Shown in pieces: positions 17,644 through 27,768 of a stretch of 32,000 nt of DNA. The stretch is from Candidatus Heimdallarchaeota archaeon B3_Heim (GTDB taxonomy: Archaea > Asgardarchaeota > Heimdallarchaeia > Hodarchaeales > Hodarchaeaceae), in the NCBI GenBank assembly GCA_003144275.1, contig NJBF01000029.1, positions 27,107 to 59,106 on the forward strand. Direction: 5' to 3'. Position 1 is the stretch's first letter. The number at the start of each line of letters is the position of its first letter. The position numbers and the translations under genes are program-made. The notes beneath the pieces were generated by a model. That model worked only from the letters and a program-made list of their open reading frames with translations, ran no database searches and had not been told where the DNA came from.

Positions 17644-18132
17644 TTGTATATAAATAAGAGAAATTTTGATTTGGTAATAAAGAAAATTCTTGGAACAGGT
17701 CAAGTAAGATTTGTGCGAATAAAGAAATTAAGCTATCAAATCGCTCAAACTGCTTTTATATTGCTTATATTAGGAATGTTATACGCTATTGCAGCTATAT
17801 TGTTCACAGCGCCCAAAGCAATACTTGGACACGAATTTGCAAGCTCATTCACACAATTTGGATTTTCATGGACGGGAATTACGAACATAGCGGTCATTGG
17901 CGCCTTTCCAATTGCAATCGTTCTTGTTTACATGATCTATCGTGCAAGAAAAGAGGTTAGTTTAACTTATTCACAGGTTCTGACTTACAGCTTGATTATA
18001 CTTTCAATAACAGTACCATTCATGTTTTTCTGGAGACTACTCATCGGCCTTTTATGTCTGGCCTTCCTAGTGAAATTCTTCTACTTTATACTTCTCCCCC
18101 AGTTGTTCCTAACCTTTACCTCTGAGTCATAG
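17644..18132 (+). CDS. Hypothetical membrane protein (about four TM helices)
   Basis: Long open frame with hydrophobic segments; the start codon is uncertain. Confidence 0.5.
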   Translation: MYINKRNFDLVIKKILGTGQVRFVRIKKLSYQIAQTAFILLILGMLYAIAAILFTAPKAILGHEFASSFTQFGFSWTGITNIAVIGAFPIAIVLVYMIYRARKEVSLTYSQVLTYSLIILSITVPFMFFWRLLIGLLCLAFLVKFFYFILLPQLFLTFTSES

Positions 18133-18219
18133 CATTTGCGAAGTGTCTATATATCACAGAGCAAAGAAAGAAATAACCTAAACTATCCTCTTCATCCCTT
18201 TTCTTAACTTTTGTCAAAA

Positions 18220-19302
18220 TTAAGTCATGTTTTCATGCTTTGAACGATTGAAATCAATGGTTTCTTCATCTGGTAACATACTCAACTTCTTTTTAATGAG
18301 TTCAAGGCAGACACGATTCTGATTTATAGAAAAAGTCATTGCAGGCGAAAGGTAAGTACTTTTAATCGCCTCTATGCAATTTTTGAAATTTTGTGTATAG
18401 TTTTCTTGCCATTCTAGATGCTTTTCAATAGTTTTGAATGTACCTGCTACAAGGTAGTTATATCTTCCTACATTACATTTTATCATAAGGGGAACATGGG
18501 GATCCCTTCTGATGAAATCTTCTACTTCTTGGCAACGTCTCTTGATCTCCACCAAAGAGAAAATGAGCATATAGTCTGGTGGTACTAAAAGCTGGGGGAA
18601 TCTTGAAACAGGATTTGACACTATTCCGTTTTTCAGTAGGCTCCGAATCTGTCTAATTATAGTGTTTCTATGAACATCTAATGTTCGTGCTAAAAAATTT
18701 TCATTAGTTCTTATAGCCTTTCCAGTTAGAACCATTTTTAAAATGTTGATTGACAAGAGGTCTAATGAAAGACCTCCAATCTCTTGAATTTCTCCACGTT
18801 TAAATCCCCGTTCAATTACTCTAAAGGGGGCCGAGGGGTCATACTTTAAAATACGCTTAGTACTGAAAAGAGCGGCGTCAGGTGGATGACGATCCTCTTC
18901 CTTTATGATTTTTCCCTCCTCTAAAATTTTGTCGCTCCACGTCTCATATGAATAAAGGTCTTCATGAAATTGTACCGTTACAGTGTTATATATCTCTTCC
19001 TGAAAGTAATATGCAGCTAAAATGTGCGGGTCGCTTTCAATAAACTTTCTAGTATTTTCATCACGATAAAATTTATCTTTTGAAATAACTAACAGAGGAT
19101 ATTCAGTGAACAACCACTGGAATTGAAAATTTGTTTTTATAATGATTTTATGACTCAGTAGTTGATTTACTCTTTATTTAATAGTATTTCTGTGTTTCGA
19201 ATATTTCTTAGAAAGAGCGCTAATATTAATGTCCACCCCTTCTCCCGAACAAAGCAAATGCAAAAGGTTCAATGTGAATTTATTGGTTAACTGCTTATTC
19301 AT
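18220..19302 (-). pseudogene. Tandem Lrp/AsnC-like wHTH regulator interrupted by an in-frame TAA
   Basis: ATG at 19302 with GGAG SD; MNKQLTNKFTLNLLHLLCSGEGVDINISALSKKYSKHRNTIK*RVNQLLSHKII continues in frame into the 19113 ORF; stop at 19174-19176; the second HTH (DVHRNTIIRQIRSLLKNGIV) parallels the first. Confidence 0.8.
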
Positions 19303-19313
19303 TGATCTCCACT

Positions 19314-19340
19314 TATTTTTAAGATTCGATCTTAAAAATA
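19314..19340. promoter_or_regulatory. Perfect 12-3-12 inverted repeat, candidate autoregulatory operator
   Basis: tatttttaagat-tcg-atcttaaaaata, starting 12 nt upstream of the regulator ATG at 19302. Confidence 0.5.
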
Positions 19341-19473
19341 TTAGCTAGAATTCCTACGTTACTTGTTACTTACGAATTTGAATATTATTTTAAACCTGTT
19401 GCTAAAGGAATTATAATTCGATAGTATCGACTTAGAAATTACTTCTGGTTGACGGAAAGATAAACATTAATCC

Positions 19474-19617
19474 CTAGAGATAAGGATTTTCGTTATCACC
19501 TTCAATTAATAAGTTTGGAAGTTGTTCAACCGCATTAAAGTTGGTGTCACTCTTCTTAGAATCTATCTCAGTCAGAAGAGTTTTAACAACCGCTTCATTC
19601 CATACTTTTAAACTCAT
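19474..19617 (-). CDS. Small ORF, 47 aa, unknown function
   Basis: GGAG SD 6 nt before ATG; MSLKVWNEAVVKTLLTEIDSKKSDTNFNAVEQLPNLLIEGDNENPYL. Confidence 0.35.
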   Translation of the reverse strand: MSLKVWNEAVVKTLLTEIDSKKSDTNFNAVEQLPNLLIEGDNENPYL

Positions 19618-20012
19618 TTGACTCTCCTTTTTCACATTTATATTACAGGAAAATGGATCAATTTTTTAGTCACATTCATTCTTATCTTGGAGATCGCTTG
19701 TATCAGTAGATTGCCAACCTTGTATCTGCTTTTTCATGAAATAGATCTTATTAATTGAGATACGATCTTTTTTAAACCCAGATTGAGATCCTTTTCGCAT
19801 TCGACTAATATAATTTATCAGCATCATCTCTAGTTAGTTTGAAAGGTACCAAAAACTGTCGTATAATTATACTATTGTTGTGTTAATAAAATGGGAGTAG
19901 AATTATCAAGTAATTTAGTGAAAAAACCAGCTGTTTTTGCTATTTAGATGGTCATTAAGTGATTAAAAAGCACAGATCTGTGTAAATTAATTTTGTACAT
20001 TTAATCAAATAT

Positions 20013-20020
20013 TAAATGTC
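20013..20020 (+). repeat. Left 8-bp target-site duplication TAAATGTC
   Basis: Identical to 21627-21634 and abuts the left IR. Confidence 0.88.
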
Positions 20021-21626
20021 GAGATTTCGTCTAAATTGTTGAACACCTCCTAGGAAGACAAGGAACAAAGTTAGGAAATCTTAGCCTTGGAAATCATTAA
20101 AGGAAGTAAATGAACCAACAGACGATAAGGAACATGCCATTTATGACGACGAAGAAGCGCACGACAGCCATCAGGGAAAAAAGTCACAGCAGTCCACGCC
20201 TGAATGTCACGATTAGCGTTGACAAGAGATTTACGCCCCCAGTAGACGTTATAACGATCATGGAGGGCGTTAAAAACTTCCGCCCGATTAGAACTAATAA
20301 ACTGCCTGGGTAACGCTTGTTGGACTAGACTAAGCATAACTTGAAGTTCAGTCAGAGAAGGACAGTCATCGACAGTTAGATTCGATTCCTCCGAAATTTA
20401 ATTGAGTTCATACTCATACGGATTAGATCCTGTCCGTAAAAAAACCGCATGACCTTTAAGAAGGTTTGTGCTTCTTTTACGCGGTTTTTTCAGTGGATCT
20501 ACCCCTTCAGCTGGAGTTAGAACCCCCATTCTTTTGACATTGTCTTTAGGTGGTTGTTTTTTCTTCCTAATCCATTTTTTCATCGGTGTTGGAGAAACCC
20601 ATTTTGCGGGGTGGACTCGTTTCTTTCTAACGATGATTTTTGACTCAGTATTGGGTAACAGTGAACCAGTGTGGAGTTCTATCGTGATTTCTTTCAATGC
20701 TTTGCGATTGGGGATCAGGTTCAACTTTGTGATCCTGGCTCGTTTCCCCTTTCCTTTGTGGATGTGTTGTACCAAAATCAGTAGTTGACGAAGAGCTTTT
20801 GCTGCTGCAAAGATGGTTTTTGCACCATCACCCACGATCACATCGATTCCTCCCAGTTGGGTCATAGCTTGCACAAAATATCCATAAATAGTTTGAGCAT
20901 CCCGTCTAGGTTCAATAGCTACATTGATAGGGGCACCATCCGCAGCTAGCGTAAACAATATAAACCCATTCGCTCCCAATAATTTAATGAAGCCTTCATC
21001 ATAAAAAATAATTCTCAAGTCGGAGTGCTTCACGGTGTCCGGTTCCGACAGCCGTTCCTGCAACTGTTTGATAATTTCCAAGTTGGTAGCGAGGAAGTCT
21101 TTGATAGCAGTTATACGGGTTCGTAGGGTTGTCTCGGGCACCTCCCACATTTTTGCGAGAGCATTGACTGCACCTCTGTCCTTAATGGTCATTTGTGTAA
21201 GCTTCCAAACAAGTTCTTCCACTTTATCACACCAATAAGGTATTTTGGCGGGATTAAAGGTTTCTTCACATGTCTTACACCTATACCGTCTCACTTCTCC
21301 TGTTAAAGTGGGATAACTACCCCACGTACCTATTACTTCCGTTTCTCCTCCACAATACGGACATTCTACGGGAATTTCTAGTCCGAGCTCTTCTTGAGGC
21401 CATTCATATCGTGCTGAAAGCAACTGTGGACCCAGTTGCATCTGTAAATGGGCTGTACATGTCATTGTATTGATTAAACAGAATTTTATTGCATTTAAAC
21501 TTTTATTTTCTCTTCTTTGTTTTTTTCCGTTTCCCCTTGTATCCTATTTATCCCTCTCGTCTTTTTATCGTTGATTTAGTCGTTTTTATTCCCTCTCCTC
21601 AAGAACAACAATCTATGTGAAATCTC
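20021..21626 (-). mobile_element. Insertion sequence, 1606 bp, DDE transposase, family unassigned (IS1/IS6/IS256-like features)
   Basis: Terminal IRs gagatttcgtctaaattgtt (20021-20040) and the reverse complement of aacaatctatgtgaaatctc (21607-21626) match 16/20; flanked by direct repeat TAAATGTC. Confidence 0.9.
20071..21465 (-). pseudogene. Transposase (Zn ribbon + HTH + DDE), 465 codons with one internal TAA
   Basis: CPYCG...YRCKTCEETF Zn ribbon, HTH, FYDEG and IVGDG; the ORFs 20398..21465 and 20071..20337 share a frame across TAA 20398-20400 (YELN*ISEES...), and the downstream part holds SSNRAEVFN with the probable third catalytic Glu. Confidence 0.85.
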
Positions 21627-21634
21627 TAAATGTC
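21627..21634 (+). repeat. Right 8-bp target-site duplication TAAATGTC
   Basis: Identical to 20013-20020 and abuts the right IR. Confidence 0.88.
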
Positions 21635-21733
21635 AAACCTATCAAAAAAAGAATAAAAAACCTGACACTATCAACACTTTTAGTAAGAGAAAATATGAAA
21701 TTTCGATTCTGATTACAAAACGTTTAGGGAGCT

Positions 21734-23293
21734 CTATGGGAACAGAGCACTCGCAGCTTTGATTGCAAAATTAACAATAACTGTTGGAAAAAATCCTAAG
21801 ATCAATACAAAGATGGTTAATGAAACAATAGAGAGTTTCATAAATCCACTATTGTTTAACGTCATTGCATCAAATTTTATAATATATTTCTCGTCTTGGT
21901 CGGACTCTTTCATTACTAGGTACCAGATAAGCCATAGATATCCTACTGCAGCAAAAAATGTAATAAATAGAGTTAATAAACCAGCGGAAATCCCGATTAT
22001 GGGATTTTTGTTGTTAAATAACCCTAGAATAATCATTAGCTTAGACCAAAAACCACCCGTTAAAGGGATAGAAGCTAAGGAAAATAATCCAATGGTGAAA
22101 CAAATTCCAATTAGCGGATCTCGTCGGCCAAGACCTTTATAGTGGTCTAGATAATATGATCCAGTAGAATAGATCAAATAGCCAGTAATCATAAAGAGCA
22201 CTCCTTTTGCTGCTGCATGGTTCAAAGCGTGAAAGAGGGTTCCTCCTATTCCAAGGATATTTCCCGCACCCAATCCAGTAATAAGGTAACCCATATGTGA
22301 AATCGTACTAAATGCAAATATTCGTTTTAAGTTACGAGCTTGTGGATCTTTTCGCATAAATTGTATTAGGGCATAGATATTTCCTTGGAGAGAAGTTAGA
22401 ATTCCTAAAATAATCAATAAATTACTCCAAACACTACCTTGGAAAGTACCCCCAATTTCCGCCATATTTACAGGAATCACTGTGAATATAACACGTAAAA
22501 TGCCATATGTTCCACCAATTACGATAATTCCAGAGAGCATAGCATGAGCTGGAGGAGGAGCAGCTGGATGAGCATCGGGTAACCAGGTATTGAGGAAGAA
22601 AATAGCGGCAGTTACTCCAAAACCAATGATCATGCAGAGAATAGCGATATAAAGAATTGATGATTCAGTTAAAGGGTCTAATAAAGTTAATTCATCAAAT
22701 TTTAATGTCCCTGCTATTCCATATAAGAAGGCTACTCCAAAAAGATATAAGAGGCTCCCTGCACTGCTCATCATTAAGTACTTGAATCCTGCTTCAGAAG
22801 ACTCTCTACTACGATAAAAACCAACCATTGCATACGCACAAAGAACCATCCCTTCCCAGGCAACGAACATTGTGAAGTAGTCATTAACCAGTACAATTAA
22901 GTTCAATCCTGTAACAACTGCGAACAGAATGGCATAAAAATGGGCAAGATCATTGTGTTCATGCATATAATTAATTGAATAAATACAAACTGCTGCATGT
23001 ATGAGTGTAAAGATAAAAATAAAGAATCCGGAAGTTAAATCTGCACGCAACACTAATATTGTCGTTTCTGTTATTAATGGGTTAGAAGAAGGAGATTTAA
23101 GTAGTTCCATCCCGAAAAGAATAGCGAGAGTTAGATCTAGTAGTGAAGCAGTAAGTGCGACTAGATGTGAAATGACTTTTTTAGTTACAGATACCTTCAA
23201 CAACCTTTCTATTCCAATGAGAAGGAAAGAGGTAATAGCGGGAAGTAGAATGAAGATTACAAGCGGTATTTCGAATCCTAATATATTTTCCAT
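21734..23293 (-). CDS. Antiporter-like proton-translocating subunit (NuoM/N, MrpD type) of the membrane hydrogenase
   Basis: FVAWEGM, EAGFKY, WLPDAHPAAP, FAFSTISHMG, HALNHAAAKG, PLTGGFWSK. Confidence 0.88.
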   Translation of the reverse strand: MENILGFEIPLVIFILLPAITSFLLIGIERLLKVSVTKKVISHLVALTASLLDLTLAILFGMELLKSPSSNPLITETTILVLRADLTSGFFIFIFTLIHAAVCIYSINYMHEHNDLAHFYAILFAVVTGLNLIVLVNDYFTMFVAWEGMVLCAYAMVGFYRSRESSEAGFKYLMMSSAGSLLYLFGVAFLYGIAGTLKFDELTLLDPLTESSILYIAILCMIIGFGVTAAIFFLNTWLPDAHPAAPPPAHAMLSGIIVIGGTYGILRVIFTVIPVNMAEIGGTFQGSVWSNLLIILGILTSLQGNIYALIQFMRKDPQARNLKRIFAFSTISHMGYLITGLGAGNILGIGGTLFHALNHAAAKGVLFMITGYLIYSTGSYYLDHYKGLGRRDPLIGICFTIGLFSLASIPLTGGFWSKLMIILGLFNNKNPIIGISAGLLTLFITFFAAVGYLWLIWYLVMKESDQDEKYIIKFDAMTLNNSGFMKLSIVSLTIFVLILGFFPTVIVNFAIKAASALFP

Positions 23294-23302
23294 GATTTCA
23301 CT

Positions 23303-25258
23303 TCAAAAGATCAAAAATATCATTATTATAACCACTGAAACAAATCCAATTAACGCGAAGTTATAGTTAAGATTGCCTGATTGTAATTTCCTTAACGACC
23401 AAAATATATTCATTATGCCATTCTGACACCATTGGAAGAAGTGGTCAATGTAAAATCCCTCTTTTGCAATTGTTTGCAAAGTTCGTAGAAAGACATTTTT
23501 CCTGATGAAAAGAATCTCTTTTGCTCCATTCCGATAAAGGAAATAGCTACATAAAGCTCCGATTGTAATACAGGTGAGTGTGAGGAGGGTTGGCACTATT
23601 GTGTGAATTGAGGGAAAAAGTACCAATTCATAGTGTGAAAAGATGTGAGAAAAAGACGAATCACCTATATAGAAATAAGTCTGCATTTGATCAAAAAGTG
23701 AGGTAATTATACGTGCTAGGAAACCAGAGACTAGTGTGAGACTAGCTAGTATTACTAAGACACTCGTCATAAATATTCCTGGCTTTCGTATTTCCAGTTT
23801 TTGGGGTTTTTCCCCCATAAATACTAGAATGTACAATCTAATTGAATACGCCGCTGTTAATCCTGCGGTTACTATTCCGAGCATAAAAAGAAGAAGCGCG
23901 AGTGGAGCCATGGTGCCTCTAGTCAAAAATAACTCCCACGCGGCTCCTAATACAGACTCCTTAGAAAAATATCCATTGAATGGAGGGATACCTGAGAGAG
24001 CGAATATACCAATAAGCATTGGAATAGCAATAATTCTTAATTCTTGGAAGAGACCGCCCATTTTTTTTATATTTCTTTCATGATGTAACGAAAAGATGAT
24101 GGCTCCTGCGGAGAGGAATAATAACGCTTTGAAAATCGCATGTGACAGGATATGAAACTGAGCTCCTAAGAATGCATGGTAACCAACATCATAATCGAGA
24201 TCCAAGAATGATAATCCTGCTATACATATAGCTAGGAACATATAGCTGAGTTGACTCACTGTGGAATACGCCAGTACGCGTTTGATGTCATTTGATACAA
24301 GTGCTGATGAAGCCGTGAGAATAGCTGTGATTGCAACGATAAATGCCATAACAAGATAGAATGTTTCAATATTAGCTATTGCAAAGACAAAAAAAAATCG
24401 AGACATTAAATATACGCCTGCTTTTACCATTGTTGCTGCATGAATTAGAGCCGATACTGTGGTCGGTCCTTGCATAGCATCAATATCAATACTTTCGGGA
24501 CTGGATAACCATGTAATCAAAGGGAATTGCGCTGATTTACCAACAGCTCCTACAAAGATTAATAGGGCAACCAATACTTGTAGACTCTGTGTAAGAGTAA
24601 GGAAACCACTCATAATTTGGAAAATATTTACAGTTCCTAATTCCAACCATAAGATACCAAGACCCCCTAAAAGAGCAATATCGCCCACTAGAGTCATCAA
24701 AAATGCTTTAATTCCAGATTTTATAGCTAGAGATCGTTGTGGCTCAGATTTATGGAAATAATGACCAATCAAGAAGTAAGAGCAAACACCTACTATTTTC
24801 CACCCAGTATAGAGAAAGATTAAATCACCAGCTACTACAAGAAGTACCATTCCACCAACAAATAGTTGTAGAAAAAACCAGTATCTGGTTAATGCCTCAT
24901 CATTTTTCATATAATCAATTGAAAATATTGCAATCAAAAATCCTAAGCCTGACGCAATTACAGCCATGAAGATGCCTAATGGATCAATGACAATTGAAGT
25001 ATCAAAGTACGAAATCACTCCATTCGTACATCCACTTGGAAAAAAGTGGATGATATATTCTTCCCATGTAGCTTGTGTGAGAAGGAATAAAGAGAATATG
25101 GTAGACAATCCAATGGTACTGATTGAAAAAGCAGTTTGTAACTTGTAATGAACCCTACCAATGATGACAGAAATTAATGCACCTACAATTGGTATTAAAA
25201 ACACTAAAAACCAAGGTTTAAAGATGAATTCAAGTTGATTAATTGTGAATATTTGCAT
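23303..25258 (-). CDS. Antiporter-like subunit, NuoL/MrpA type
   Basis: GKSAQFPL.TWL, AMQGPTTVSALIHAATMVKAGVYL, KRVLAYSTVSQL, HAIFKALLFL, GYFSKE. The start is probably the ATG at 25258 (MQIF), just after the upstream stop. Confidence 0.9.
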   Translation of the reverse strand: MQIFTINQLEFIFKPWFLVFLIPIVGALISVIIGRVHYKLQTAFSISTIGLSTIFSLFLLTQATWEEYIIHFFPSGCTNGVISYFDTSIVIDPLGIFMAVIASGLGFLIAIFSIDYMKNDEALTRYWFFLQLFVGGMVLLVVAGDLIFLYTGWKIVGVCSYFLIGHYFHKSEPQRSLAIKSGIKAFLMTLVGDIALLGGLGILWLELGTVNIFQIMSGFLTLTQSLQVLVALLIFVGAVGKSAQFPLITWLSSPESIDIDAMQGPTTVSALIHAATMVKAGVYLMSRFFFVFAIANIETFYLVMAFIVAITAILTASSALVSNDIKRVLAYSTVSQLSYMFLAICIAGLSFLDLDYDVGYHAFLGAQFHILSHAIFKALLFLSAGAIIFSLHHERNIKKMGGLFQELRIIAIPMLIGIFALSGIPPFNGYFSKESVLGAAWELFLTRGTMAPLALLLFMLGIVTAGLTAAYSIRLYILVFMGEKPQKLEIRKPGIFMTSVLVILASLTLVSGFLARIITSLFDQMQTYFYIGDSSFSHIFSHYELVLFPSIHTIVPTLLTLTCITIGALCSYFLYRNGAKEILFIRKNVFLRTLQTIAKEGFYIDHFFQWCQNGIMNIFWSLRKLQSGNLNYNFALIGFVSVVIIMIFLIF

Positions 25259-25266
25259 CGTTACAC

Positions 25267-25599
25267 TTATCCCTTCAAAGTTGTGTAAGCATCTACATTG
25301 GTCGTTCCAAAATGTTTCCAAAGATTTCGTATAAAAGCTAGAGCAAGTCCAATCACAGCAGCACCTACAGATAATGAAATGATGACAAATGTCTGGGTTT
25401 GTGGATCTACCGTTGTGCTTTGAGTAAAACCAAATGCGATGAATGCGAGGTTTGGTGCTGCAACAAGAATTTCTAAAGCCATTATTATCTTGATAGCAGA
25501 ACGTTTAGTACACAGACCATACATACCAATCAATAACATGATGAAGGATAATGCCAGTATTATCTCGAAATCAGTAATAGAACGAAGATAGGAATTCAT
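25267..25599 (-). CDS. NuoK-like membrane subunit
   Basis: IGMYGL, IKIIMALEIL, IISLSVGAAVIGLALA, three TM helices. Confidence 0.85.
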   Translation of the reverse strand: MNSYLRSITDFEIILALSFIMLLIGMYGLCTKRSAIKIIMALEILVAAPNLAFIAFGFTQSTTVDPQTQTFVIISLSVGAAVIGLALAFIRNLWKHFGTTNVDAYTTLKG

Positions 25600-25871
25600 G
25601 AATGCTCCTCCTTATTATTGACCTTTTTTGTAGGTGGTGTGAACTGTGAATTAGCTCCTAAGAGTGCAGAATAAAGCATAAATCCTTGTATCAAAGTAGC
25701 AGTAACTAAAGTGGTCCATAACAGCTCTAAACTTCTTTGATTAGCTAAACTCGAGTCCACAGCTTGTAAAGTGGCCCAATTTCCGCTTCCTTGTGCTTCT
25801 ATGAAGAAGATCAAAAGAAGAAAAGTGATGATAAAAAAACCGATTTTTCCGAAAGTCTCTTTGTGATTCAT
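25596..25871 (-). CDS. NuoJ C-terminal-half-like membrane subunit
   Basis: Two hydrophobic segments ending MLYSALLGA; position between the J-N-terminal and K homologs. Confidence 0.6.
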   Translation of the reverse strand: MNHKETFGKIGFFIITFLLLIFFIEAQGSGNWATLQAVDSSLANQRSLELLWTTLVTATLIQGFMLYSALLGANSQFTPPTKKVNNKEEHS

Positions 25872-26152
25872 GGTTCTATGTCCTTAAATGGAGATTCAGC
25901 AGTACTCGTTATTGGTTTGGACGTTTCTGTAAGACTGGCTGTAACTATGAATAGTACTATTAAAACCCCAGCATAAACTAAAAATTCAAAAACAGCCGCA
26001 TAGCTAGCGCCTACAAAAAAGAAAATGGATCCGATTCCAACCGAAGATAGGGCTAGAAATAATATTGATGTTGTGATTTTTTCTGTTTCAAGTGCAGCAA
26101 CAGCCATGACGAGTGTAAACAAGGCTAGCAATATAATTTCAATCGATGCCAT
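25868..26152 (-). CDS. NuoJ N-terminal-half-like membrane subunit
   Basis: AAVFEFLVYAGVLIVLF matches the NuoJ TM3 motif (YxGAxxVLF). Confidence 0.8.
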   Translation of the reverse strand: MASIEIILLALFTLVMAVAALETEKITTSILFLALSSVGIGSIFFFVGASYAAVFEFLVYAGVLIVLFIVTASLTETSKPITSTAESPFKDIEP

Positions 26153-26612
26153 TAGAGTTGACTTCCTTTATTTGTATCGGTTTTCTTTTCGGTTTTCGAT
26201 ATACAAGTTTTTTTTCAATTGTATCTTCAAGATTATATTCAGCCATCCGCCAGCGATTTGGGTTTAAAACGATAGCTGATTGACCCTTTCTATTTATTGG
26301 ACAAAATTCTTCACAAACTTGACAGAACATACATTGTGAAAGATTAATGGAGAACCAGAAAGGTTTACCTTGATTTTTTGAAAAATTATGGATCTTGGAT
26401 GGATTGGCTGGAACTATACTGATGCATTGTGTTGGACATTCTTTTTCACAATTTTTGCAAACTATACAAAGCGTTGGATTAACTTCTGGAGCCCCTCTAA
26501 ATCCATCGGGAACTATAATATGCTCAAGGGGAAATTGTACAGTTACAGATTTAGTCAATAAATTCCGCGTAGCTTCCTTAAAAATGGGCAGAAGATCAAA
26601 TATTCTCATCAT
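26139..26612 (-). CDS. NuoI-like 2x[4Fe-4S] subunit
   Basis: GFRGAP, CIVCKNCEKECP, CMFCQVCEEFCP. Start at ATG 26612 or 26609 with a GGAG SD. Confidence 0.9.
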   Translation of the reverse strand: MMRIFDLLPIFKEATRNLLTKSVTVQFPLEHIIVPDGFRGAPEVNPTLCIVCKNCEKECPTQCISIVPANPSKIHNFSKNQGKPFWFSINLSQCMFCQVCEEFCPINRKGQSAIVLNPNRWRMAEYNLEDTIEKKLVYRKPKRKPIQIKEVNSNGID

Positions 26613-26614
26613 TT

Positions 26615-27655
26615 TCAAAGTACTCCTATTAGATAAATTATCATTAATAGTGCAAGAAAAGACATTGGTAGATAATACCGCCAAAAATACTGAACTAGTT
26701 GGTCAATCCGTAGACGGGAAAGAACTGTACGATTAGTAGTAATTAGGAATACGATCACCGTAGTCTTAAGGAGGAAGGTTGTAATGTTAATGACATAGTA
26801 GAAAAGATCCCAAGGACCTATCCAAAATCTATCAATCAATAATGATTCTAACGGTCGTAAGCCTGGACCACCAAGGAAAACGGCTGCGATTATCCCTGCA
26901 AGTGTGAATTCCAATACTAAATTAGCTAAGTGACTGAAAAGCAACTTCTTGCCAGTTAGTTCTATTGTCCAACCGCCAACAATTTCTGTTTCAGCATGAG
27001 CAGGGTCGAAGGGAACTTTTTCTAAGACTGCATTGGCTGATAAAACTGCAATGTAGAACAATATAGATAAGGGAATTATGTAAAGTAAATGAGCAGAAGT
27101 AAAGCCCTCTGTTCCGAGAATTACATTTAAAGGTATATCAATCAGATTAAATCCACTCTGAACAATATTAGAGAGGCGGAGAGAACCTGCTAAGATAGCA
27201 GGGCCAATAAATGCAATAGTTAGAGGAATTTCAAGAGATAATTCTGCAATTGCAGCTCTAGATCCACCAATCAAACCATATGGATTGTTTGTCGACCACC
27301 CAAGTAAAAAAATTGAACCTGCAAGCACTGCTAGTAAGAATAATAAAAAAAATAAATCTCCCTCGAAAGAAATCAGTCCCTCGGCCATATAAATCGGTGT
27401 AAAAAATGCTAGTAATAGGGTTAATATGAGCTGCATTGCAGGAATTATGTTAAATTCGGGCGTTTCCACTCCTATCGGGGTTATATCTTCTTTGGCAAGT
27501 AATTTTAGCACATCGAAAATTGGTTGCAAAAACCGAGGACCTACACGGTTCTGCATTTGTGCATATATCTTTCTATCGACCCAGCTATAGAATAGAGCTC
27601 CAGAGAAAATGAAAAATATCCCTGGAAAAACAAAATACTTAAGAAGGTCAATCAT
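26615..27655 (-). CDS. NuoH-like membrane subunit
   Basis: DRKIYAQMQNRVGP, QPIFDVLKLLAKE, KVPFDPAHAETEIVGGWTIE, RLRIDQ. Start probably at ATG 27655 (MIDLLKY). Confidence 0.92.
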   Translation of the reverse strand: MIDLLKYFVFPGIFFIFSGALFYSWVDRKIYAQMQNRVGPRFLQPIFDVLKLLAKEDITPIGVETPEFNIIPAMQLILTLLLAFFTPIYMAEGLISFEGDLFFLLFLLAVLAGSIFLLGWSTNNPYGLIGGSRAAIAELSLEIPLTIAFIGPAILAGSLRLSNIVQSGFNLIDIPLNVILGTEGFTSAHLLYIIPLSILFYIAVLSANAVLEKVPFDPAHAETEIVGGWTIELTGKKLLFSHLANLVLEFTLAGIIAAVFLGGPGLRPLESLLIDRFWIGPWDLFYYVINITTFLLKTTVIVFLITTNRTVLSRLRIDQLVQYFWRYYLPMSFLALLMIIYLIGVL

Positions 27656-27768
27656 CACAGGAAATCTTTTCCATATATAGAAGGGACTAAAAATAATTAC
27701 AGTGTAAATTAACGTACATCCTATGAATCTGTATTCATTTTTCATTAATTTAACCCTTTTCTTCTCAC

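Noticed and set aside
19666-19827. 54-codon minus-strand ORF (MMLINYISRM...)
   Set aside because: No clear SD and no recognisable motif; could arise by chance in AT-rich DNA.
19971-19982. 12-bp palindrome cacagatctgtg
   Set aside because: Single occurrence with no supported downstream gene; not distinguishable from chance.
17339-20400. TAA reassignment as an alternative genetic code
   Set aside because: TAA terminates several intact genes in the same window at the expected protein ends.
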